Shown: piece by piece, positions 47,301 through 58,320 of the stretch | Numbering within the stretch: position 1 is the first letter of the stretch | How the letters are laid out: each line of letters starts with the position of its first letter | DNA from: Macrostomum lignano | Taxonomy: Eukaryota | Reading direction: 5' to 3' | Length of the DNA: 64,000 nt | Assembly (NCBI GenBank): GCA_002269645.1 | Contig: NIVC01002463.1 | Span: forward strand, 79,897-143,896 | Translations under genes and position numbers: made by a program | The notes under the pieces: generated by a model | Told to the model about the DNA's origin: nothing | The model's database searches: none | What the model saw: the letters and a program-made list of their open reading frames with translations, nothing else

Positions 47301-50300
47301 CCCCAGTTGAAGCCGCCGACAAGTCGGCTGGCGGCGACGCGGAGCCGCCGGAAATCGGCCGGCTGCCGCACCGCTACTACCTGGCCAACCTGCGGCCGGT
47401 CAGCGCGTACGCCGTTTACCTGGCCGAGTTTTTCTCTGCCGCTTCGCCTGCCGCCTCGGCCACGGCGTCGCCGCTGCCTTTGAATCGGCGGTCCATCCGG
47501 GCGGCCGTCACCAGCGTCTCGGCCGAGGCCGCTGCCGTCGCCGGAGCTTCAAATTCGGCGATTGACGCCGTGACCTCGGCGCTGGTGTTCGGCCATCTGT
47601 GCGGCGTTAGCGACATTCAGTGCAAACTGCGGGCTAGCGATATTGTGCTGGCCAAGTCCGGTGAGTGACTGACTGGCTGGCGCTAAAGACATCAAGGACA
47701 CAAAGACATCAAGGACACAAAGACATCTAGGACACAAAGACACCTAGGACACAAAGACATCTAGGACACGAAGACATCTAGGACACAAAGACATCTAGGA
47801 CACAAAGACATCTAGGACACAAAGACATCTAGGACACAAAGACATCTAGGACACAAAGACATCAAGGACACAAAGACATCAAGGACACAAAGACATCAAG
47901 GACACAAAGACATCTAGGACACAAAGACACCTAGGACACGAAGACATCTAGGACACAAAGACATCTAGGACACAAAGACATCTAGGACACAAAGACATCT
48001 AGGACACAAAGACATCAAGGACACAAAGACATCAAGGACACAAAGACATCAAGGACACAAAGACATCAAGGACAACTAGACACTAATACATTGGGATTAC
48101 TCGTATAATACGAGCTACATTGAAGCGCCAGGACACCTAGGCACTGAAACACACACACTGTGGCACACTGGGATCTCTAAGTCCAGCTTGCTATTCCCAT
48201 CCCCAACGCCCGCCGTGCCCCACAGTGTCAGACGCAGCCGCAGCCGAGGACCCGCCAGCGGACCTCGGCCAGCTGGTCATGCAGTGGCGCTGCCGGGCCC
48301 TGGCCGCTCATCTCACTGGCCGGCCACTCCCGGCCGAGCCGCTGGTTCAACTGGCCGCCAACGACGACTGGGCCGGCTTTCTGGCCGCCGGCCAGCTGCT
48401 GGGCTACGGCAAGCCGCGCCTGCTGAGCCTGCTGAATCAGTTCGCTAGCCGGCCCGTTGCCGACCATCTGGCTCACGTGATCGAAATGGCCTCCTCGACT
48501 GCACCCGAGACGGTGAGCAAGTCTCTCTCTTTAGCAATCCCTAGCTAATAATTCATTTTCGATCCCTGTTCTCGAACTCCCCATACAGACTCGACCGGCG
48601 GAGCCGAGGCAGCGGCTGTACGACCAGCTTGGCCTCACTGCCAGGCCCCGGTCGCAGCAGCAGCAGCAGCAGCAGTCTTCGTCAACCACTGCAACAGTGT
48701 CCGCTCAGCAGCGCCGTCCGCCTAAGCACCGACGTCGAGGCCGTTCGTCTTCGCGCAATGTCGCATCCACCTTGACGACGACGGAGAGCGAAAGCAGTGC
48801 CGACACCGCTGCCGCTGTACCACCTTCGCGGACGCCGCCTCCGCCCAACTCCGATGCTGACGAGGCCTCCACCGCGCCAGACGAATCCGAGATTGTCGGC
48901 GGTCGGGCGACGGCACCGGAAGCGCCGCCTCGACCACCGGGCGACTCCGACGTGGACGGCGGCCTGCTGGCGGTTGTCGGGGCCGACTCGAGTCGACGGC
49001 ACCTCGGCTTGTACGCCAGGCAGCTCGGCCATCCGCTGCTCAGCCTGCTGTCCGAGCGACCGGCCCTGTCCGACTATCTGGCCAGCCTCGCTCAGTTGCC
49101 GCCCCCAACCGTCGGCGGCGACTCCAGCACAGGCGTCGATGCGCTATTATCGACGTCTGACGCTCTGATTGCCGAGTGTCGATCGGCTGGCCGGCTGGAC
49201 GCCCTCGCCGACGCCTGCGCCGTTTTTCTGCCGCAGCGCCGCGGCCTGTCCGAGCTGGCCGCCGCCTGCCACGGCATATCGACGTCGGTCGGCGCGGAAG
49301 CTCCGGCCGTCAATGAACGCCTGCTGGAATCGCTACGAGCCTATCGAGACGACTGTCCGCTGACCGGCGCTCTGCTGCGGCTCTGGGACGAGTTGAATGC
49401 CGAGAGTCGGACTTCGGCGACGGCGACTGATGCGGACGATAGCGGCGAAGGCGAAGAAGTAATCGGCCAGTTCAAGCTGTCGGCCAGGTGGACGTCGCTG
49501 GTTGGCCGGCTGAAGGCGGAGGAGGCCGCGTCGAACGGCGATGCTGACGAAAATCTGACTGGAGAAGGGCAGCAGCTTGGGGGCCCGGCTGCGGCGACGG
49601 CTGCACCAGACGGTATTGGCGAACTGGCTGCTTTCGCGAAAGTTTCTGTTGGGCTTTCCTCCCAGATCCGCAGTTGCTGGGCCACAGCCTCCCAGATCCT
49701 CAGTTGCTGGGCCACAGCCTCCCAGATCCTCAGTTGCTAAGTCAGCCTCCCAGATCCCCAGCTGCTGGGCCAGACTCCCAGATCCTCAGTTTCTGGGCCA
49801 GCCTCCCAGCACCTCAGTTGCTGGGCCAGCCTCCCAGCTCCTCAGTTTCTGGGTCACCCTCCCAGATTCTCAGTTGCTAAGTCAGCCTCCCAGATCCCCA
49901 GTTGCTAAGCGAGCCTCCCAGATCCCCAGTTGCTAAGCCAGCCTCCCAGATCCCCAGTTGCTAAGCCAGCCTCCAGATCCCCAGTTGCTAAGCCAGCCTC
50001 CCAGATTCTCAGTTGCTAAGCCAGCCTCTTAGATCCCCAGTTGCTAAGTCAGCTTCTCAGATTCCCAGTTGCTGGGCCCACCACCACCCTATCAGATCTC
50101 CAGTCCTCAGTTTGCAGTTGCTGGCCTTCTAATCTGCACTCGACTTAGTTATAAATCTATTCGACAACTGAGTCCCACACCCACTCCGAGTCGGTGGCTC
50201 ACCTCGCTGCCATCACACCGTCATGTCTCCAGCAGGCGCCTCCGGGCTGGTCAGCAGCCGGCAGCGCCGCTCCGTGGTCACCTTGGCTTCGCCTCAGCCC

Positions 50301-52649
50301 GTCACTTCCCCGTCACCGGGCGGCGGCGGCGGCAGCCTGGAATCGGAGGTGACGGAGCTCATCAATCGGCACGCCGCCGCGGCCAGCTTCCAACAGTTGG
50401 CGTCGGTGATGAGCAGCGCTCGGGAGCTCACAGACCGGCTGGAAGCCGCCGGCCAGTTCGCCGAGATGGTCCGGCTGGCGCGGGGCATCGGGCGCTACGG
50501 AGAGATGGCCTACGTGTTCCACAAGCTGCGCTCGGCTGGCCACTTCGAGCCCGAGCTGCTCTGCGGCCGGGGCGGCGGCGTGGGCGGCCGCGACCACCGG
50601 CTGCAGCGGGCGCTGCTGGAGTTCCTTCGTCGGCACTGTCCGGAGGATCGCGACTCGCTGATTGCCGTCTACCTGTACTACTGCATGGATAGGGAGCTGG
50701 GCAACCTGCTGTTCAGGTATGGGGAATTTCTCATCTGAGCTAGGGAATTCCTATCTGAGGTGGGAGGAATTTCTCATACAATTAAAGGAATTTCTCTTCT
50801 ATGTTAGAGGGAAGTCTGCATCTAAAGTAGGGAGAATTTCTCATCTGAAGTAGGGGGAATTTCTCATCTGAAGTAGGGGGAATTTCTCGTCTGAAGTAGG
50901 GGGAATTTCTCGTCTGAAGAAGGGGGAATTTCTCGTCTGAAGTAGGGGAATTTCTCATCTGAAGTAGAAAGAATTTCTCATCTAAAGTAGGGGGAATTTC
51001 TCATCTGAAGTAGTGGAAATTTCTCATCTGAAGTAGGGGGAATTTCTCGTCTGAAGTAGGGGGAATTTCTCATCTGAAGTAGGGGGAATTTCTCGTCTGA
51101 AGTAGGGGGAATTTCTCATCTGAAGTAGGGGGAATTTCTCGTCTGAAGTAGGGGGAATTTCTCATCTAAAGTAGGGGGAATTTCTCTCCTAGGGAAATTT
51201 TTCGTCAAAATCGGAGGAAAATTTATCTTCTTATGGGAATTCTTATCTACAGAAGTAGGGAATTCCTCTTCTTGATACTGGAGTAATTCTCGCACCTGGT
51301 TTGCACATTAAGGTTGATAGGGGGAATTTCTCATCTAGGTATGTTTTAATAAGAAAAATAAACATCTAGTTGGTAATTTAAGTACTTGTACTGTTTTTGA
51401 GCCGTTGAGTAGTGCGTTACTTCGTGAACTGTCCCGAGATAAAGTACATATTTGCCCTCCCCCCAGGGACGCGCAGTACCTGGACGCCGCCCAGGCCTAC
51501 ATCCGGGCCGACTGCCCCCGCCTCGCCTGGCGCAGCTTCCGCCTCGCCCAGCTGGCCGCCCTGCCCGCCGGACTGCGCGGCGCCGCGGACCCCCGGCGCG
51601 CCTTGGCCGGCCATCCGACTGTCTACGAGGCCGCCGTCCTGGCGCACGCCGAGACTGTCCGGCCGGCCGGCCGCGACTGGGCCGCCGCTGTCTATGGTCA
51701 CGTGATCGGCGCCACAGCCACTGCCGCTGGCGCCGCTGCCTATCAGGTAAGGCTTTGAATGGGGCTTGCGTTGAAGCTGGGACACCGCCAGCCTCCCAGA
51801 ATTCAGTTGCTGGGCCAGCCTCCCAGATCCTCAGTTGCTGGGCCAGCCTCCCAGATCCTCAGTTGCTGGGCCAGCCTCCCAGATCCTCAGTTGCTGGGCC
51901 AGCCTCCCAGATCCTCAGTTGCTGGGCCACAGCCTCCCAGATCCTCAGTTGCTTGGCCAGCCTCTCAGATCCTCAGTTACTGGGCCAGCCTCCCAGATCC
52001 TCAGTTGCTGGGCCACAGCCTCCCAGATCCTCAGTTGCTTGGCCAGCCTCTCAGATCCTCAGTTGCTGGGCCAGCCTCCCAGATCCTCAGTTGCTGGGCC
52101 AGCCTCCCAGATCCTCAGTTGCTGGGCCAGCCTCCCAGATCCTCAGTTGCTGGGCCACAGCCTCCCAGATCCTCAGTTGCTGAGCCACCAGCTTCCCAGA
52201 TCCTCAGTTGCTGAGCCACCAGCTTCCCAGATCCTCAGTTGCTGGGCCAGCCTTCCAGATCCTCAGTTGCTGGACCACAGCCTTCCAGATCCTCAGTTGC
52301 TGGACCACAGCCTCCCAGAGTGTCAGTTGCTAGGAAAGCCTCCCAGATCCTCAGCTGCTGGGAACCATAATCACAGATCCCAGATCCCCAAGTCCCAGGG
52401 CTATTATTCAAAAACACTTTGACAGATTCGAACTTCGTACCAAATCAGCAGTGCATTCCCACCGCCCCCTTCCCCATCCCCACCCTACAGTCCGGCTTCC
52501 TAGCGCACGTGCTGCCCACCTGCGACACCTGGACTGGCGGCTGGCGGGATTTCGAGGACCGGCTGCGGGCGTCCTGCCGCAGCTCGGAGGAGAAGCGGGC
52601 GGCCGAGGCCTTCCTGGCGGCCTGCCAGCGGTCGATGCCGGCGGCCTGA
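44335..52649 (+). CDS. SPG11: Spatacsin (SPG11)-like protein, about 1,600 aa, 8 exons, 5' end uncertain
   Basis: Exons about 44335-45834, 46098-46674, 47127-47660, 48226-48512, 48589-49612, 50236-50716, 51467-51746, 52491-52649 in phase. C-terminal MVRLARGIGRYGEMAYVF...LQRALLEFLRRHCPEDRD...DRELG and YLDAAQAYIRADC...DWAAAVYGHVI match the recalled spatacsin C-terminus (VRLLTGIGRYNEMTYIF, LDAAESYAKDSC, DWAEILYQQVI). Confidence 0.88.
47685..48075. repeat. 17-bp minisatellite (GACATCWAGGACACAAA)n in SPG11 intron 3
   Basis: Read directly. Confidence 0.96.
49660..50075. repeat. 28-bp minisatellite in SPG11 intron 5
   Basis: Unit GCCAGCCTCCCAGATCCTCAGTTGCTRR. Confidence 0.93.
50800..51185. repeat. 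23-bp minisatellite in SPG11 intron 6
   Basis: Unit GAATTTCTCATCTGAAGTAGGGG. Confidence 0.94.
51785..52390. repeat. 28-bp minisatellite in SPG11 intron 7, same family as intron 5
   Basis: Unit GCCAGCCTCCCAGATCCTCAGTTGCTGG. Confidence 0.95.
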
Positions 52650-53079
52650 GCAGAGCAACAATAAACTGTGCCAATCCAGCGCAACTCTGCCGATGTACTT
52701 TTTTAAAATCGAGATCAGAACTGATTGCCAACTGATTGCAGTATTTTGCGTCATCAGTCTTTCGATTTTCACGATTAATATAGTAAGTATTTCTATAGTG
52801 TAGTAACATATTGCAGTGCGGTGTCGAAACAATACATCCAGTTTTGTTAATTTTAATCGTTCCTATAAATATATATCTTAACTTATTGTCAGTTTTCTCT
52901 AGCTGCCTACTTTAAGCAATATGATGCGATTTTCGCAGTAAAATCTTATGAAAAATTGTAAAACATTTTAAAAAGTGTTGGTGCTTCAGGTTTATTTTAC
53001 TGCAGTGCATCTGCAAATTTTCATGTTAATAGAACTTTAAGCTACTATTATAGATTAGTTGCTAGCCTGCGATGTGAGT

Positions 53080-53465
53080 CAGCAACCTACAGTATGGAGT
53101 CAGCAACCTACATTATAGAGTGAACAACCTACAGTATGTGTCAGAAACCTACAGCATGGGTCAAAAACCTACAGCATGGAGTCAGCAACCTACAGCATGG
53201 AGTCAGCAACCTACAGTATGGAGTCAGCAACCTACAGCATGGAGTCAGCAACCTACAGCATGGAGTCAGCAACCTACAGTATGGAGTCAGCAACCTACAG
53301 CATGGAGTCAGCAACCTACAGCATGGAGTCAGCAACCTACAGCATGGAGTCAGCAACCTACAGCATGGAGTCAGCAACCTACAGCATGGAGTCATCAACC
53401 TACAGCATGGAGTCAGCAACCTACAGCATGGGTCAGGAACCTACAGCATGGGTCAGAAACCTACA
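53080..53465. repeat. 21-bp minisatellite (AGTCAGCAACCTACAGCATGG)n
   Basis: About 18 copies. Confidence 0.96.
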
Positions 53466-53640
53466 GTCATGGTCATGTGTCATGTGTCATGGCTGTGTGT
53501 TAACATGGTTATGTGTCATGGCTCCCTGGCATACCATGGCTCTTTGACACCCCAGAATTTCATCTTTAACAGACATTAACTGACACAATTGCTCTGGGTA
53601 TTTTATTCGTCTTATTTTAGCCCATCAACATTCCTTAAAG

Positions 53641-53890
53641 CAGGGGTCGGCAAACTTGTGTACCTCCGGTGCTAGATAGAGAGCCTAGTGCATGACTGCG
53701 GGCCAGATGAGAGGAGAAATGAGACGGAATAGAGAAGAAAGAAAGAAAATAAGAGAAAGGAGAGGCGGAGAGAAAGGAGAGAAGAGAGGAGAGTAAGAGG
53801 AGAGAGAGAGAGAGTGAAGAGCGCTGAGAAGATACACAAAGGCCTTCGGGGCTGCATGGTGGCCCACGGGCCGGAGTTCACCGACCCCTG
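53641..53890. mobile_element. hAT (Charlie-like) MITE
   Basis: TIRs CAGGGGTCGGCAAAC / CAGGGGTCGGTGAAC (13/15), subterminal GGCCCACGGGCCG, imperfect 8-bp TSD CCTTAAAG / CGTTAGAG. Confidence 0.8.
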
Positions 53891-54038
53891 CGTTAGAGTC
53901 TGACACCCACGGTACTGACACAATGACAGCCCTCATAAACATCCTGACATCTCCCTGACGCCCGGGCCATACGAATCTACGCTCGTATTGTGAATCGAAA
54001 TTAATAATAAAAATCTATTTAATATCTAGCCAACGAGC

Positions 54039-54475
54039 TCAACTGTTTCCGTAGGTGATCTTAAAGACGCTGTTTCTGAAACTGCCACCGCAAATCTGGC
54101 TGGCGTTTCCATTGCACGCCAGGCTGCAGTCGGACGCGTTCGCCGCCCCCTGCGATCCGTAGGAGTTCCCGCAGGCGCACCACTGCGAGGCCTGCAGCGC
54201 CATGTACTCGAAGCTGCTGAGTGAGCAGATCCTGCCGCAGAGCTCGTGGGCCATGCTGTGGCTTCGGCATAAAAAGGCATTTTCCAGCTGGTCAATGACG
54301 ACGCTGCCGACCCTGGTGATGCCCATGTACTTCAAACCGTTGATGTCTCTCACGCCGTCCTTGCCGTCCACATAGCAACCGAGGCCTCGAATTGGAACTG
54401 CCGACTCAGAGCTGCGGCTGAACAGACTGAGAAGACCACAAGGACAAGTTTAACGCTGTTGAGCACTGCTGACAT
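54039..54475 (-). CDS. Secreted single WSC-domain protein (1-bp frameshift after the signal peptide)
   Basis: MSAVLNSVKLVLVVFSVCSAAALSRQFQFE is signal-peptide-like; adding one G near 54385 joins it to LGCYVDG...CGRICS...FEYMALQASQWCACGNSY...CSLACNGNASQICGGSFRNSVF, a typical WSC cysteine pattern. Could be a pseudogene or an assembly error. Confidence 0.78.
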
Positions 54476-54695
54476 TGCTGTGGAGCAATTGCCTCATTAT
54501 GCCTGCGACTACAGTTTATAAAATCATGCAGTGAGCATTGGGTCCCATTGCCTACAGCCTTGCCTATAGCCTTAGCCCCGGGAGTGCGGACCGGATCTCG
54601 CCCCACCCAGCCTCTCCACCTGTAGCACATCCGTACTGTTGCCATAGAGCTCAAATAGTACTCATAGCTAGTTATCCCAACAGTTATCTCAGCAA

Positions 54696-55054
54696 ACCCG
54701 CGTAGCCCAGTGGTCCAGCGCAGGCTCTGGTGTGCCAGCGGCCCAGGCTCGATTCCAAGTGCAGTCACATTAATTTGGGGCTAAATTGGAATCTCAGCTT
54801 GGCTCTGCTCGTGCAACTAACGTCCTTGAAGGCCAACCCCCAAGACGCAGTGAAGTGTACATGCCTAACGATAAATAAAGTTAGGGCCGCTGTACACTCC
54901 TGTGTGAGTGTGTGCCTGTGCGTATCCGCGTGCTTGTGTGCCTGCTCAGGGGAGTCGGCGGAATGGCAGTAATGCCTCTCTCCGGTTGTGTGACAATGTC
55001 GCTTAAAGTGCGCCAGGATGCACACAGCGCCCTGTATCCAATAAAAGCAAAACC
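54696..55054 (+). mobile_element. tRNA-derived SINE, full length, 10-bp TSD
   Basis: TSD ATCTCAGCAA at 54686-54695 and 55055-55064; A-box TAGCCCAGTGG, B-box GGCTCGATTCC; A-rich 3' end. Confidence 0.88.
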
Positions 55055-55992
55055 ATCTCAGCAACCAAGGCTGCTGCTCTCCTTCCAGATATTTCCCATG
55101 ATTCTACCAAACTGTTTCACAGGCATAATAAATGAGACTGAACTCCACAAAAACTAATGAGTTTAAACAGTCACAGCTAAAATTTTATTTAAAAAAAGTT
55201 TTCCAGCAGTCATTTTGCTATTTTTATGAATTTCTGCATGCCTCCAAAGCAAACTACTCATCCATGTAAAGATTGTCAATGTAAATGGGTGTACAGCGGC
55301 CTTGATGTGTGCAGGCCCTGGTGACAGAATGCCTACTCCGGACCCCAAAGAATTCACACCAAAGACTCGCTCCAAGGACGTGGCTGCTGCCGAACTTGAG
55401 GTTCCTCGCTGTCGTCGCTCTGATAACTTACTCGCTTTCAAGCCGTAGGCCTATGTCTACTGTGAATGTTCTGATATACTCGTATTTAGGTTATTGCTAT
55501 GTAGGTCTGGTATTTCAGCCTTCGGGCAAAAAAAGCAGCTCTAGTGACGAGGCGACGAGGTGCGCAACCCTAACATGCTCGTAACTGCAAAGATGAAATA
55601 AGTAGCAACCCTAAGCCGACAGACAGACAGGGTGAGAGAGAACGCCCCAGCTGATCCAATCAGCACGCGGGGAGGGGTAGAGAGAACTGACGCGAGAGAG
55701 CGCACGAGGGAGGGGGGCTTAGGCGCAGACGAGGGTAGGGACCAAGGCTGATGTATAACAACTGGATTGTCAAACTTCTACACCACCTAAAAGGGTTGAA
55801 TATGTCTAAAATGTGACTCGCAAAAGCCCTGCTTCCAGCTCATTGGCTGCTATTTTTAGCTCACTTGCTATACTGACCTATGCAAAACCATAGGTCACTA
55901 GAAAACTAGCTAGGGCCGGTGTCAGACTTTGTACTCTCCCACCTCATGCGCTCTCCCCCCGGAGAGTACAAAACGATCGTCGAGTGACTTGA

Positions 55993-56865
55993 ATTAGCAT
56001 CCCATCTTCGGCTGAGCATCTCTTCGGATTTACCTGCATCGACTGCATTACTATGCCGAACGTGTCTGCCGCGGGAAACAAGTACATCCTGACAATCACA
56101 TGCAAATTCACCAAGTTTGCCATTTTTCGAGCTCTACCAAACATCCAAGCAGTGACGATCGCCTCTGTCTTGCGCGAGGCGTTTAATATTTTTGGTTGGT
56201 CACGAGTTCTTCTATCGGATCAAGGTCGAGAATTTTGCAACCATGTCATCGACCAACTTTTGCAATCTGGTGCATCGGAGCGTCGAGTCACCAGCTCCTA
56301 CCACCCTCAAAGCAATGGTCAAACGGAGAGGCTCAACCAGACATGCCTCCTCATGCTCCGCAAATCCTGTGACGAAACTGCAACTGACTGGGACTCGCAT
56401 CTGGGACAGATTCAGCTGTCATACAATGCTCGAAAACATTCGGTCACAGGTGTCTCTCCGTTCAAGGCCGCTTTTGGACACACCGCTGTTCTTCCTTCCG
56501 ACTTCGCTGATGGAGAGGCAGACAGGCGCTACCTAGAGCCAACGCTGGATCGTGACTGGCTGCGCATCAAGGACGAAGAGCGCGCGCGAACTAAGCTTCG
56601 ACTCTATCACCGAATTCGCCGAGCTCAGCACATCATGGTACGCACACACCAGCAGCGACTGGGAGCGGCCAAGTTCAGCGACTTCAAAGTTGGTGACAAG
56701 GTACGGCTTCGCAACAAGCGCCGTGATGATCGTAAAGGTGGAAAAATGTCGCCTCTCTGGAGCCGTAAAATCTTCACCATCACTGCAGCGCTTGGCCGAA
56801 ACGTGTACAAGTTGGAGGAAATTTCCCGTTGCATCAATGGTGTTCATCTAAAATTGGCCACTTAA
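55993..56865 (+). mobile_element. Retroviral-type (rve) DDE integrase ORF with a GPY/F-like C-terminal module; Ginger-like DNA transposon or Gypsy pol fragment
   Basis: FTCIDC (D)...GNKYILTITCKFTKF...LLSDQGREF (D)...SSYHPQSNGQTERLNQT (E); C-terminal FKVGDKVRL...KGGKMSPLWS. No RT, RNase H, gag or LTR seen nearby. Confidence 0.88.
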
Positions 56866-57143
56866 ACCGCAAGTGCTGTCAAATTTATGCTGCTCATTTA
56901 ATCACTTACAATTAACTAGGATTTACTAACCTCTGAAAATATATCTTTCTTTGACTTTGGTTTAGAAAATTACAGAATTGTTTGAACTTTTTTGTGCCGA
57001 TACATATTTTAAATACGGCTCTTCGTGGGGAGAGTTCATGCGGGAGATTGCAACGCAAAAGATAAAAAAACACTAGGGGGAGACCACACGACCAGGGGAG
57101 ACTACATGATCGCCACAAAGTCTCTCCCACGGAGACTACAATT

Positions 57144-57207
57144 TACTTCCACTCTCCCCCCGGAGAACTCAAACATACTTGAGTTCTCCGGGGGGAGAGT
57201 CGAAGTA
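57144..57207. other. 29-bp-stem inverted repeat (hairpin)
   Basis: TACTTCCACTCTCCCCCCGGAGAACTCAA, loop ACATAC, TTGAGTTCTCCGGGGGGAGAGTCGAAGTA; one mismatch. Confidence 0.92.
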
Positions 57208-58032
57208 GGGGAGTGTTGAAAGCATAATACCGGGATGGCTCGCGAGCCGTGGTGGGTAGAGAGATAAATGTAGGGGTGTGTTTTCAAGGTTGTTAAATAT
57301 CTTCCTAGTGTACTTCAAACCCTCCAGCCAATGAGCGTGAAGGAGGGGATTTGCGGTCTAAATTTAAGCAAGCTTTAGCGCCAGGTCTGATAATCCTGTT
57401 TTTAGATATCATCCAGTTTTCGTCACTGCATCGCAAGAATCGCCTGTTAGGGCCGAGCAAACCTGGCTTTAGCCTTGTAGCCTCGCTGCTAAACTGAAAG
57501 TTTGAAATGAAGTCAGAGCACGGCTGGGACACTGGGACGAAATCCAGCCCCTTCCAGTTCAGTGTGCAGCTATTCAAAAACAACTCCCAGTTATTGAGCG
57601 ATTTTTTATAAAACTTTAAACCGCTTATCGATCGGAATCGGAACTGCAAACTTTAGACTCAAGCAAATTTCTCACCTTTAGGGGGATTTCCCAGACCAAC
57701 ATCTGGGATCTTAATCCTAGCAGAAATCTGGAAATATTATAACTACCCCTGCACAATCATTCAAAACAGATTCGTTCGCGAAACACATATGTGTTTCGTG
57801 GCACGAGTAGCTCGTATAGGACTGACTGTTGTGCCTCGGTAGCTCGTCCGTATACCCAGAATCCTGTTGCTGCGGTAGATACTGCACTATACAGACTGGT
57901 TAGCTGATACATGTAAGTATTAATGTTTAATTGCGCTGCTTACATTTTAAATTCGTCTGCCAAGTTAATAGTTCAGCCAACCTAGTTGAGAGTTCCGATC
58001 TTTACTGCATGGTAGTTGATGTTTAAGCTTGG

Positions 58033-58064
<32 letters not shown>

Positions 58065-58320
58065 GAGAGTCTGACGTTGCTGCTGACATCCTTTTTTGTG
58101 CTGATGTCTATTGGCGAAATACCAACTTGCTTGCCCTTTTGCCATTACCGTTTTGCCGTTAATAGCAACGAATTGTTGCATTCTGCGAGTAGGTTTCACA
58201 GCATGCATAAACTGCCCACACGTGGAATAATGTTATTTTGAGTCCATTTTAACACTGTAGCCTTTTAATTCAATGTTTCTGTCGCTACTTTTATTATTCC
58301 CGCAGATTGAGCTGCTTCCA

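Noticed and set aside
147-53465. Tandem arrays as CRISPR arrays
   Set aside because: Units are contiguous with no unique spacers, no cas genes are present, and the context is eukaryotic.
1895-53579. Low-complexity ORFs in the track (e.g. 2238-2738, 4623-5228, 7497-8264, 8688-10234, 14614-15420, 34060-34939, 42114-43075, 51759-52422, 53120-53579)
   Set aside because: They are translations of non-coding minisatellites, open in several frames and mostly inside introns of recognised genes.
4376-54390. Frameshifts in ALKBH2, the WSC gene and the SPG11 5' end as programmed recoding
   Set aside because: No slippery heptamer or stimulatory structure seen; small indels in or near short homopolymers fit long-read assembly error better.
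57305-57649. 114-aa minus-strand ORF beside the integrase element
   Set aside because: No recognisable motif, non-ATG start and no convincing splice partners; could be a gene or transposon fragment but unsupported.
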